Part shown: positions 29,680 to 41,900 of the stretch, piece by piece
How the letters are laid out: each line of letters opens with the position of its first letter
How positions within the stretch are numbered: position 1 is the first letter of the stretch
Virus record (IMG/VR): IMGVR_UViG_3300010883_028422
Coordinates: 32,001-96,000 of that record
Source: a virus
Length of the DNA stretch: 64,000 nt
Strand: one strand, 5' to 3'
The notes under the pieces: model-generated
Seen by the model: the letters and a program-made list of their open reading frames with translations, nothing else
The model's database searches: none
What the model was told of the DNA's origin: nothing
Translations under genes and position numbers: made by a program

Positions 29680-32600
29680 GTGATATTTAGATCATTTAAT
29701 GAGATAGTAAATTCAATGCTTTCGAGGCTAAAGCTTGTTCAGCCGAATTTAGATACAAAGCCCGGTACTGTTTCCAGGGATTTGTTTGTTGACGTTCAAG
29801 CGGAGCAGCTTGAAAAGTTGCATCGCGCAATATCCTTGGTATCAAAGAAGCAGTCGCTTGCCTCTGCGACGGGTCAGGACTTAGATAGGCTATCAAGAAA
29901 CTTTTCTTTAACGAGGCGCGGCGGCTCTGTTTCGACAGGAATGGTTGTGTTTACAATATCTGATATATTTACTGATATATCCATACCCGATGGAACCATT
30001 GTTAGTTCCAGAGCCGGCGTAACGTTTAAAACAGTCGGCACTTTTAATATTAGTTCTTCAGAGAAGAATATGTTTGCTGCAAATGCTAATAGAATGAGAT
30101 CTGCGCTTGATTTAGCCGGAATAACTGATTCGTATGCGATAGAAATTCCCGTTCAATCAATGAGGGCTGGGCTGTCTGGAAATATAGGTACTATGCAGAT
30201 AGTGGATACGGCATTGCAGGAGAATATGAAGATAACAAACATTTCTGCATTTAGTGGTGGGTCAAACATTGAGGCAGACTCATCGTTTAGGGCTAGAATT
30301 TTAGCAATATTTAGTGGATCAAACATAGGCACTTCGTCTGGATATAAAAATGCCGCCTTAGATGTTAGCGGAGTTATTGATGTTTTGGTTGTAGAGCCAG
30401 GAAATACGCTGATGCTTAGAGACGGAACAGAGATAATAGAGGTTAACGACGGAACCTCTAGAATATTAAACTCTGGAACCGGCGGGAAAGTTGATATGTA
30501 TATATTGGGAAGACTTTTAAATCAAATAACAGAGTCTTTTATATATTCTGATATATCTGGTAGTGGTAACGCCTATGACGATAGGAATGATTATACGTTA
30601 GGTGTTCAATCACAAGATATAACAATGACATCTGACGAAAGAAGGCTCTATGCTTTTAAAAGTGGCAACATTCCATTCCAGCCTGTTGATTCAATAGTTC
30701 AGGCCTCTGGAACAAAGTCTGGTATATTTGCAGAAAAGTTTGTAGATGCAGATGGTGATGAGAGCGGCAACTATGAGCTTTTAGTAGATGATAATGTTGA
30801 TACCGGAGGCTCGCCGTTCGGCCTGGACCGGTTGCATTGGATCTCTAATACGAAAAATGTTATTGGAGAGATATATACAAAGTCCAATATGAATGAGATA
30901 TCTACGCTAAGCTTTTCTGATATAGATAGCATAGATCAGGTTTATCGAGATGTATCCATATTTGGAGAAAACTCTGCGCTTAGCATATCTGACAAGACGG
31001 TGATACAGATAAGTCATTATCCTGCTGTAAGAATATCTAGAGTTGTGAACAGAACAACTGGAGAAGTTTACTCTGTTGAAAATTCAAATATTGATTCAGA
31101 CCTTGGCCTAAATACAGATGGCCTTATAAGTATATCCGGAAGAACTCTGCCTACCCAGTCTGATATTTTGTCTGTTGATTATACATGGAGACATATATAT
31201 GATCCTTATATAGATTATGATGGGATGGGCTCCATATCAATTTTCAAAGATGAATCTGTTTCGGACTCAATAGATTGGGGCGCTTCATGTGGAATATTTG
31301 AAGAAGAGGCTTTGTTGACAGTATCAGATGATGGATTACAGTTTTTTGCAGAAGTAGACCATGATATAAGCAGAATTGTTTCGGCTTGTTCAAAAGAAAT
31401 ACTAAGTCTTGAGATAGAGGTGGTTGAGCTTGACGAAAAGACACTATATGGCGTAGTAATCGGGGATGACCATGATGCTGTGGATAATATTATATCAATA
31501 ACTAATTCGCATGGTGTTGAGATATACAACACTTCAGAGGCGAATGGAACGTTCTCATCTAGAACAATATATTTGCCATCAGACTGTGTTTCTGGCCCTG
31601 GAGATGAAGTTACCGTTTATTATAATAAGATTGAATTCTTTGACTTGTCGGGTGGTGATGGTGCATTTTTTGACAAAACGATTACGCTTCCATCTGCTGA
31701 CATATTAAGAACAAATGATGCTTATGATTCAGCAAAATATACTAGTGACTATGCTTTAAATGTTTATGTAAAATATGTTGGAGTAGTATCTGATACGGCC
31801 ACATCAAGTGACTTTTCTTTGCTTCCAATATCTGGTTCGGAGACCAGTCGGTCGCTCTTTGACTCAAACCTAAGCCCTATGGACGGAAGCAATCAGCCTA
31901 TATTCTTTGAATATAATTCTGATGGTACAGAAAATTATATAGCCAGATTTGGTCCATCAAGATTGAGTGTAACAACTTCAAATACCTCTAAAAGTGGAAA
32001 AATCCAGGTGTCAGGAACAACTCTGTCGAGGATAGAGGTTGACCTGGTTGTCGGGAATTATATGTCTGGTCTAAAGATTGATCTCTCTGATGCCATAAGG
32101 GATTATTTTGGCGAAGATGATGTTCCATCAAATGTTGGTATAGCAAAAGTGGATCTTGTTAAATATGATGGAAGTATGTACGATTTATTAGGTTATAATA
32201 TTTTAGAAAACAAATACAACATAGGCGTGGCGGGAGTGGATTCTGAGCTTGAAAGATATAAATTTACTCTGCCATCCACTGTAGATAACTTAAGTATGAA
32301 CCCGTCAAGCGGTGATGTTTTGAGAATTAGCTTTCTAGCTTACAAGACTTCTGATTTTGAAGAGCTATATTTTTTAAAAAACGAATCAAGGGTTACAAAA
32401 AATGTTTTTGGGTATATATCTAAAGTGTCAGTATCTTCTGGGTTTAGAAATTCTATAGGTGAGCTTGTTGGTTCTATTTCAGTAAGCCCGATTAGTCAGC
32501 CTGCGCGTGGTGATAGTTATTATGTTGATTATAATTTTTCTGCCCCAAAAGAGGGCGAGAGAATAACGGTTCAGTATAATATAAATAAGCTAGTTGGAGA

Positions 32601-32982
32601 TGCAACAGTCGCTATTGAGTCAGTAAGGCCAATCACAGCAGATGTTCTCGTAAAGGAGGCAGAGGTCCTTCTTGTTGATGTTGCTGGAACATTATTAATA
32701 AATGATGATGCAATAGATAGTGCAGATACTATAGTTCAAGATGTTATAAGTGTTGTTACTAATATGCTAAATACATTAATATTAAGCTCAGTTATTGATT
32801 ATTCCGATATAATATCTGCAGCAGCTGGAGTAACTGGTGTTGACTCTGTTGATATATCATTATTTAATATATCTGGAGAGAGTGGCAGGAAGTCGTTTGT
32901 AAAGAGCCTGGATAATCAAACTATATCACCAGGAAGTGTTCTATTTTCTGCAATAACAAGAGAACAATTTAGAGTATCATAG
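29680..32982 (+). CDS. Baseplate J-like (gp6-type) wedge protein, enlarged
   Basis: GTG start with AGGTG RBS. KPGTVSRDLF, ATGQDLDRL, GGSNIEADSSFRARIL and C-terminal DYSDII...VTGVDSV are BaseplateJ hallmarks. Confidence 0.85.
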   Translation: MIFRSFNEIVNSMLSRLKLVQPNLDTKPGTVSRDLFVDVQAEQLEKLHRAISLVSKKQSLASATGQDLDRLSRNFSLTRRGGSVSTGMVVFTISDIFTDISIPDGTIVSSRAGVTFKTVGTFNISSSEKNMFAANANRMRSALDLAGITDSYAIEIPVQSMRAGLSGNIGTMQIVDTALQENMKITNISAFSGGSNIEADSSFRARILAIFSGSNIGTSSGYKNAALDVSGVIDVLVVEPGNTLMLRDGTEIIEVNDGTSRILNSGTGGKVDMYILGRLLNQITESFIYSDISGSGNAYDDRNDYTLGVQSQDITMTSDERRLYAFKSGNIPFQPVDSIVQASGTKSGIFAEKFVDADGDESGNYELLVDDNVDTGGSPFGLDRLHWISNTKNVIGEIYTKSNMNEISTLSFSDIDSIDQVYRDVSIFGENSALSISDKTVIQISHYPAVRISRVVNRTTGEVYSVENSNIDSDLGLNTDGLISISGRTLPTQSDILSVDYTWRHIYDPYIDYDGMGSISIFKDESVSDSIDWGASCGIFEEEALLTVSDDGLQFFAEVDHDISRIVSACSKEILSLEIEVVELDEKTLYGVVIGDDHDAVDNIISITNSHGVEIYNTSEANGTFSSRTIYLPSDCVSGPGDEVTVYYNKIEFFDLSGGDGAFFDKTITLPSADILRTNDAYDSAKYTSDYALNVYVKYVGVVSDTATSSDFSLLPISGSETSRSLFDSNLSPMDGSNQPIFFEYNSDGTENYIARFGPSRLSVTTSNTSKSGKIQVSGTTLSRIEVDLVVGNYMSGLKIDLSDAIRDYFGEDDVPSNVGIAKVDLVKYDGSMYDLLGYNILENKYNIGVAGVDSELERYKFTLPSTVDNLSMNPSSGDVLRISFLAYKTSDFEELYFLKNESRVTKNVFGYISKVSVSSGFRNSIGELVGSISVSPISQPARGDSYYVDYNFSAPKEGERITVQYNINKLVGDATVAIESVRPITADVLVKEAEVLLVDVAGTLLINDDAIDSADTIVQDVISVVTNMLNTLILSSVIDYSDIISAAAGVTGVDSVDISLFNISGESGRKSFVKSLDNQTISPGSVLFSAITREQFRVS

Positions 32983-32990
32983 GTATAATT

Positions 32991-35900
32991 ATGGCATTTA
33001 GACCAGTATCATTTTCAATACCGTCTACAACAGAGCTTAAAGTAAAATTTTCAGACGAACCATCAGAATCATTAACTGTTGATAATTTTAAGGTAAGCTC
33101 GTTGAGTGGAAACACAGATGATTTAGCTATCATCGGAGTAGAGGTATTTGAAAATCAAGTAGTTATCAAAACAAGGCCTCAGATCCATAGCAACTATTAT
33201 TTGCTTGAGCTTCTTGATACAGAGGGTGTGGTTTTTTCAACAAAAAAGGGCATAAGATTGCTCGATGATGATACGTCGAGAGCTTTATTTTTTGTTGGTA
33301 TAGATAAGCAAAACTCTTTGAGGGACGCCATGTTTAAGCGTGTCCCATCTATTTTCAGTTTAGAAAATACTAAAATAGAAAAGATTTATTCTGCACAAGC
33401 CGATGAGTCATTAAGAGCACTACACTCGATAGGCGAGCTCCTTAGTGATAATTATGTGTCCATTAGCGTTTTTAACGAACTAAGAACCCGTGGAAGTGGC
33501 GCGCATGATAGAATGGCAAATGAGGGCGCATATGAAATATCTAGAGTGTCAAGAGCTATAACGGGAGATGTTCCGCTGAAGGATATCTTAGAATATTCTT
33601 CGGAAAATTCTGAAAACAGAATGGATAAAGCGCCCAATTATCCGGTATCCCTACAGCAGGTGGTGATCCCTGATGAGGAGATAAGCTCATTAACTACTGA
33701 TAATTCATTTAACGGTTATTTGTTAAAATTAAAGAACAGCAGTGTTATTAAGCTTTTATCTGTAAAGCTAATTAGGCCTGGTGACGAAGAAGATTGCTAT
33801 GGTGATATAGGCGTTGATTACGATGTTGAGAGGTATAAGTATGGTATTCTCGAAGATAGGTATGACCCATATTATGCTTTTTCAAGGTATGACTTAAATA
33901 ATAATGAAATATTGTTATCTGAATTTTCTGGTTTTCCAATGCCAGAAGTTGGAGATAAAATAATTGTATCCTATATGCATAGGGATAAAAAGAGGTTTGT
34001 CTTAGAGGATGACACTTCAGTATATAGCGTTGAGAACTCTGCAAATGAGCCAATCCCGTCTAATATATCGAGCTTTTTTCTTTTAAATGCACCAATAGTT
34101 GATTCTTTTCATAATATATATGAAAAGGGCGGTGTTTCTTTTAAAATAAGTGAAAATAATGATTCTACGCCAGATATCTTTTCAAAAGAGCTGGCTTTTA
34201 ACTTCTCAAAACTTCCAGGGTTTCCCGGGGAATTTTCTGTAAATTATAAAACAGGAGAGGTTGTCGTTGTAGGTAGTGACATTGGAGAGGGAACCGGAAG
34301 GAATAATTATTATGCAGATTATACATTTAAAAGAGAATATGAAAGAGACTTAGATTATGTATTACATGATAATGAGTTTGCGTCAAATACATCTAGGCCG
34401 TTAACCGGCAGCGAATGCTTTGTATCCATAAGCTATGATGAAATGTTTGTTGAGGGTGAGCATTATAGGGCATCATCTCATATAGAGGTTATGAATGAAT
34501 ATGTTGAGAATAACCTATCTACATCTTTTTCAATAAAACCCAAGAATACACCGGTTACAAATGTTTTTAGAATTTCAAATCAAACAAGCGGAGAGGTGTA
34601 TAATCCGCTGTATCATACTGATAATGAAATTTTCTTTTCTGGAAATATTTCTCCAAGAATTGATACTATTTATAATGAATTTGCAAATTTTGATAAAATT
34701 TCAAATGAGAAGCTGGCCCCATCTGGTGAATTTATATGTCCTTCGTTTGCAGTTAAGGTAAAATCCAGAGAGTCCAGCAATACTGTATATTTTTCACCGC
34801 CTATACCTGCGGAGCTTGTAGACCAGAATTCTGATGATTACTTTATAAGAGAAGTAGTTAGTGATAGCAATGCGCTTACAGATGAGGATTTGCAGGTAAG
34901 GTTTTGGGGCGACCCAGATGGGGATAATTTAATTAGTTCCGTTAGCGTAAAAACTGGTGTTTCACTTCCATCGGTTGGATCAAAAATATATATTGGAAAT
35001 AGGACATATGTCTTTAGATTAGAGTCCGAAGGATTGCTGAACAATACTGTTGACTCGATAGGGTCATTTTTAAATTCATCGTTAGTATTTGATAGTGATT
35101 TATTTTTAAATGAAAAGTATTACGAACATTATGATTCTTCAATATCTGTAATAACCAGCGAACACTCAAGCCTTTTGATGGCGGTGTCACGGGACAACAA
35201 TGATGCTGGATTTAAAAATCTATCTAGAATGAGGAAGGTTGGTGATTATTTAGTAGATTATAAAAACGGCCTAATATATCTTGCCGTTTCAAAAGACCAA
35301 TCCTATGATAATATCGGAGAGGTTGGTTATTTTTGTTCAAATATTACTACAAAAAATACTAATCTATATCAGGTAACTTCCGCTAAGAAGAAGGCTCTGG
35401 CGTCTAGCGGAGATGAAGATAGTCTTGTAGAATATAATGATATTCATACAAAAATAAACTCAGTAAAGTTATTAGATGTAGAGAACACAATTACAATTTT
35501 TGAGGAAGAGGATTACGCGTTAGATTTAGATGGGAATTATCAACAAACATTAGTGGTTCTTGATGATTATACGTTTGTTACAAAGCATCCAATTAAATCA
35601 ATACATGGGATATGGCAGCTGGGCACTCTTTATGGTGAAAACTTAGACTCTGCAGACCCGAGGATTAGAGTTGAGGATAAATACGGAGAGGAAGCGGTGC
35701 TGAGCGCCGATCTTGGTGGGGGGAACTTATTTTCACAAGATTCGGTTACATTTCAAGAAAATATTGTTGATTTAAAGAAATATGCAACAAAGAGAATGTA
35801 TTTAAATTCTGATGGTGATGCATTACAGTTCAAGGTATTTGATTCAAATATAGCTAGCTTTCGAAGTGCAAAAACTGTAAAAAATGGAAGAATTATATTT

Positions 35901-38900
35901 GATGATGATTTAAATTTTACAAAAGTTAGTGGTGTAAGCATATTGGGAATAAACAGTTATGATGATTCTTCTGCGTCAATAGCGATTTATTCTGCAGATT
36001 TAGCATATGCTAGAATCGATGCCGATGGAGACTTTGTTTTAGACAAATATGGCAATAGGTTTAGGATAACAGATTTTGATGATTTGAGGGCAAATATATC
36101 AATTTTACTTCCAGCGGAAAATAATGCATCATCTGGATTGCCAGATATTGATTTTGACGCATCAGCATCAATAATCGTAAAGGCCGGACTTGAAATTGAT
36201 GGTGATGGTATGACGTTATCTATTCCAAGAGATAGCGGCGTGATGAATGGAGAGGCGATCGAAGTCGAGTACCTTCCGTCATGGGTTCCGGATATAGGTA
36301 CGGCATTATCTATAGATTATAGATATGGAAATATCTATTTAGATTATTTTCATGTATATGATGATATTGTTGTTTACTATGAGTATGGAGATAACTCTCT
36401 TGACTGGTCTATAAGCAATGAGATCGTAGAGGGCGAGAACTACTTTGTTTCATACAAGTTTGGAGCACTTCGTGATGGATTGAGAAAAAACTTTGGAACT
36501 CTTACAAATATAGAGTTTTTTAACAATTTCTCATTAAATACGGATAGGGAGACCTATAGGGATGCGCTTTCGGGCGTTCTTCAGTCATTTCCAAAGGGTC
36601 CGACGATACCATCCTTTGAGCAGCTTGTTAATTCATTTACGCGCATTAATCCAAATATAAAAGAGATGGCGTTTAATAAATGGATTTTAGGAAGAGACTA
36701 TCTAGCGCCCGATGATATTAATTACACCGGAAACTTAGTTTTCTCTGGCGGAAAGTTTGAAGATGGTCTTATTATAGATGGAGATAAGACGGTAGACTTG
36801 CCAGCAATATCTAATTTAAGGCTCGAAGACGGAACTGTTGAGGCGTGGATAAGGCCGGACTGGGCTGGAATAGATAATGATGCTGATTTGACATTTTCTA
36901 TTGATAACATTGGTAAAAAAATATATTATTATATTAAAAATAATGATATATTTAATATTGATAATGGCTTTGATGTATATAATGGTGATTTGTTTGTAGG
37001 CGGAACACAGTCAAGTATATACGGCATCTCAATGCATAATTATGACACAATTTTTAATAGCAGCGGAGAGGAGGAATTCGTGTCTGGAGTTTCTTCGGTA
37101 TCAAAAACCGAGGTTGGCTTTGGCAGAATTAATGCCTCTAGATCTTATGTCGAATTACATGCTGATATGGCAAGCCCCATAATGCATGAATTGCCAATAG
37201 ACCTGTATACCGAACTGGATGTGAATTTAAGCCCGGGGTTCTTTGCAATTTATGATAATAATCGAATCGTATCTGTTAGTTTAAGAATAAATACTATAGA
37301 TTCTTGCGTTTTTGATGTTTATGAGCACAACTTAACATTTGTTGAAATGTCGCCATATGAAACTCCGCATGTAACTAGGAGCTTCGGAAGAAGACAGGGG
37401 CCTGGCCTTGGATATGAAATAGATCCGATGTTGAACTTTAGGCATAATGATGCTCGTGGAACTGAAAATATTATAAAAATATCTTTAGATGCCCCAATAT
37501 ACTTAAACTTTTTAGATGACAACGTAGAGGTTGTATCGGAAGATATTTTTAGCTCAATAGTTCTTGTTGACTCAACATCGCAGATGTTTAGAGTGGTTGA
37601 TTTGCTTGATGACGACGGGGCCTCTCTGAGCGCACCTTTTGGCAAATACATTTATTGTGTTGTGGTGGACAGAATGCCAATAAATGTACCTGAGTTGTCA
37701 CAAATGGGCTCTGACGCTATAAACAATATTGGCCCAATAGGCACGGCGTCTTTGTGTTATCAATCTGTTGTTATAAACACAGAAGATAGCGTTAACTCAG
37801 AGGTTGCGTTTGGATTTAAAAATAGATTATTTTTGACAAATTGGATGTTTGGGCATGCCGGAATCTCTATAAATAGGGACCCGATTAATAATTTAGTTAA
37901 GATAATTATAAATGATGCTGATAAAAACTCAACCGATGAGATGGTGATTTTTTATACAGATTTCCCAAAAATAAATGATTCGGCAAGTGTCTCGCTAGGC
38001 CTTGACTCTATTTTAAGTGCAAATAAAAATATTTCTTTTGGAGCAATAGATAGCACGTGTAAGACGGATCTTTTAATTAGTAAGTTAAATTATGAGTTTG
38101 ATTATAGATATGATGTAGATGATATTTATATTGGAAAAGATTCATTTAATCCAAAAGAGAGTACGTTTACTTTAAATAAGGATGATTATCCGGTGTCCCC
38201 AATGGGGATGCCGAGCAACATTAGTAATGATGAGGGACTATTTATATGGTTTGATGATTTGTGTGAAAATCCACTGTCTGAAGACGCTGGTCAGTGGATA
38301 ATGAGAACCAGGGTTAAGAGGGTGCTGGATGTTCCAAGTGGAGTTATTGCTTATGGAGATGACGATTATGATGTGCTGCATGAACAGTTTACATCTGGAG
38401 ACGGATTCGGGGGCAGAATAACCACGAATGGAGAGTTTTCTTCGGTTGTCAGATCATCTCGTGACGAAGACGATAACGGGTGTTGTACTGATATTTTGTG
38501 CAAGGCGCATTATAGATATTGTGGAGGGGGAACTCTTGAAGATCTTGGGTGGGTTAGAATGCAAGACACTGATTCGCTCGTTATAAATGTTATATTTGAT
38601 GGGCGGGAAACCGGAAGGTCCACCTGGGTAAAATACCCTGATCTTGAAACAACATATTCTGATGGAATATATAGAATGGCTGCTCCTGAGCATGGAACAG
38701 GGGTTGTATATACAGCAATACCATGTTATGGTGGGAATGAAGAATTTGTTGTATCGGCAAAGGTTGTGTCATCATACAGCGCTAGTGATAATTTTGACTT
38801 TTCTGGAGCAATATCAGGATTTTTCTCTGGAATAGCCCCATTAAACATAAATGATTCAAATATAAATTATAAAGTGTCACTTGGCTTTGGAGAGAGGGGC

Positions 38901-41900
38901 GAGCCTCTCGTACTTGTGTTGGATGCAGAAAAGAATTCTATAGAGGACATAATTCTGTTTAACTGGAATGATGGCTCTTTCCATGAGTATAGATTTGTAA
39001 GGCTAAAAGAAGAAGAGTTTGTTGAGCTTTATATAGATCACTCTCTTTATAGCAAGTTATCTGTTAATGACTTTGATACTCCAGATATAGATTCATGCAC
39101 TATATTCAGTGAGCCATATTTGGCGATATATGTTGCAGACTCAATGGATGATGCTGGTAATCTTTCCTTAAACACTTTAGATATTGACTTTATATCATAC
39201 AATGGTGCGGATATACAAGAAAACATAACTCTTGAATCTGATGATATATTCATATCAACCGACCATAAAATAGATTTTTCATTCTCAACTGTTTTGTATG
39301 ACATCGAAGCCACTACAGATGATGAAGCTATTGACGGTTATGACGGTTATGACGGTTATGACGGTTATGACGGTTATGACGGTTATCCTGAGTTGCAAGA
39401 TCTCTATGACGTTGACGAGATTTGCATGAGTTCTGATAAGCTTAGATATATTGTTGACTCTGGACTTGGAGACTCAAGGGGCAGGCTGTCTTTGTTTAAA
39501 GACGGAAAGGGCTTTTTAAACTTTAGAATATTTGATGATTATGAAAAGAATTATGGTGAAACCGGATTTTACAATCTTGCAACAAATATAAAATACTTCA
39601 AACCCGGAGAGCTACATCATGTTGCGGCAAGCTGGAGGTTAAATTCTCTTGAGGAAAAGGACGAGATGCACTTGTTTGTAGACGGAATAGAGGCTCCAAA
39701 CATATTTAAATTTGGTGGTGCAGTTCCGGTTAAAATAAATGATAAATTTTCAGATGTTAGCAAAGAAGTACTGCAAAGTTTTACCGTTGATGATATAGAA
39801 TATTCTGAGTCATATTATGATGGAATTACTTCTGCATCAAGTTCTGTATTTATGTCAGAATCAGCCGGATTCACCTCCGACATGGTAGGCAGAAGTATAA
39901 TAATTGAAAATTCAACTTTGGCGCCAACTTTAATTGGTGGCGAATATATAATAGCATCTGCATCAGGAAGCCAGGCGACATTTGTTCGTGGAGAATCATT
40001 AAGTCCCGTTGTATTTGATGTTTCTACAGCAGATATTCAATTTAAATTTCCACCTACGGCTGGCATATCTAATAATGTTTTAACAGACATAAAGAATGAT
40101 AAGGCTGCAATATTTAAAACAAATTGTGATTTTGAGTCTGAAGAGATTGGTGGAATTTTTTACGAAGTAGTTAATGGTGAAATATCAATAGTTTCTGGCA
40201 GCAATGTTGTCAAGCCAAAGTTTAGAGCAGATGTAGACTCAAGAGTTATTGAGTTTGTAGGAAAAGATGAAAACTGCATGTTTAATAACACTGTTAATTA
40301 CACAGATCTTGATGTTCATATAGAATCGTTTGGATTGATATCCAGAAGAGTAAACTCAATAATAGAGCTATCTTCTTCGTCATATAATTCTCAAACGAGG
40401 CCAGACACAGGTGTTTCGCTATTTGCAGGCGTCTCAAAATCATCTGGGGCGGGTGAAAGTTATATAAAAACAACCGGCCCTCAACCACTATCTCTTGGAG
40501 ACGTAAAAATAAGAAGGATTGTTTTAGAGAAAACCGTAGTGGATATTAGCCCAATACTTGTTGATGGTGAGTTATACAGTCAGTCAAATATTGAATTGGA
40601 TTTTGATGACGGAGAGCATCTTCTTATAACAGAAGAGTTGAATACCTCGAAGACAAATATGGGCAGAAGGTTGTCTGTATTTTTTGATTCAGATAATATC
40701 AGATATTGTGATACGTATGTCGATGAAGCAACAGTGATTCCGTGTGTTGACGGATATGACGGATATGACGGATATGACGGATATGACGGATATTGTGAAG
40801 ATATTGAGGGAATTATATATATTCCAAGAAATATTATAACAGTATATGGAGAAACAATAGGCGGGAATGATAGTGAGGATTTTATTATAGATAAAAATGG
40901 TGAGTTTAATGGAGAAAAATTCTTTACATCAATAAGTAATATTGAAATATCCCTTCTTGTGTCTGATCCTGATTATTTTGAATTAGGCGTAATATCAATA
41001 ATGGAGCTTGATCCTATAACAGTGCAAAATAATAATGGCTCGTATGTATCTATTGATGAATTTTATAATGGAACATTTATGATTTCTGAAGCAGGGTCCG
41101 AGGGGCTATTCCCGTTTGAACTTCCGCCAGGAAAATATCATCTTGATTATGCAGCATATCTGAAGCTGTTTCTCCCCCTAATTGGTGATAGAATTTTTAT
41201 AGGAAGCGATATTCATGGCGAGAACCAATTATGCGGAGTTGTTGATGAATTTAGGATAATTTCAGAAATGTCCGGAGATACTAGGCCGACCGAGATGGCC
41301 ACTAGTTCAACGAGAAGCATAACTAATGATTTTAATAGACCAATACCGTTCTGTCTTGATGAGCAAACGCTATCCCTCATTCATTTTGACAATCCAATTG
41401 AGTGGCAGGCGAGAAGGCTTAGGACTAAAGAGTTTTTAAATACAGATACAAACTTTAAGTTTAAAATACCATTTGATCAGAGAGAGGTCCTTGTTAATTA
41501 TGTAAATGATGAAGAGAGTTTTGTTAAAAAGATGAAATATTTTGAATTTAGCAATGATGATGCAATAAAAACATTTTATGAGGTACATAAAGCAGAAGGC
41601 GGCCCTCTTGTTAATAACGGAACATACTTAGACCAGTATAATGATGTTCCTTTAAGCTCAACAAGCGTAAATGAGTATTTTGGAAAATCTGGAGTATTTG
41701 ATAATGGAAACGCTCTTCTGTACGAGAATGATGGTGGTATATTCAGAAGAGATGAGGGTACGATCGAGTTTTGGATAAGCCCGCTGTTAGATGTGAAGAA
41801 TGATTTGGAGGAAAGGTATTTTGTTGACATATACTCTATTGAGCGGAAAAGAATAAGTTCTGATTCTGCATCAAAGATTGTTCTTCCAGTTGCAGCTAGC

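Noticed and set aside
39333-40793. DGY repeats as a CRISPR array
   Set aside because: They are 9-bp head-to-tail units with no spacers, in frame within a CDS, and no cas genes are present.
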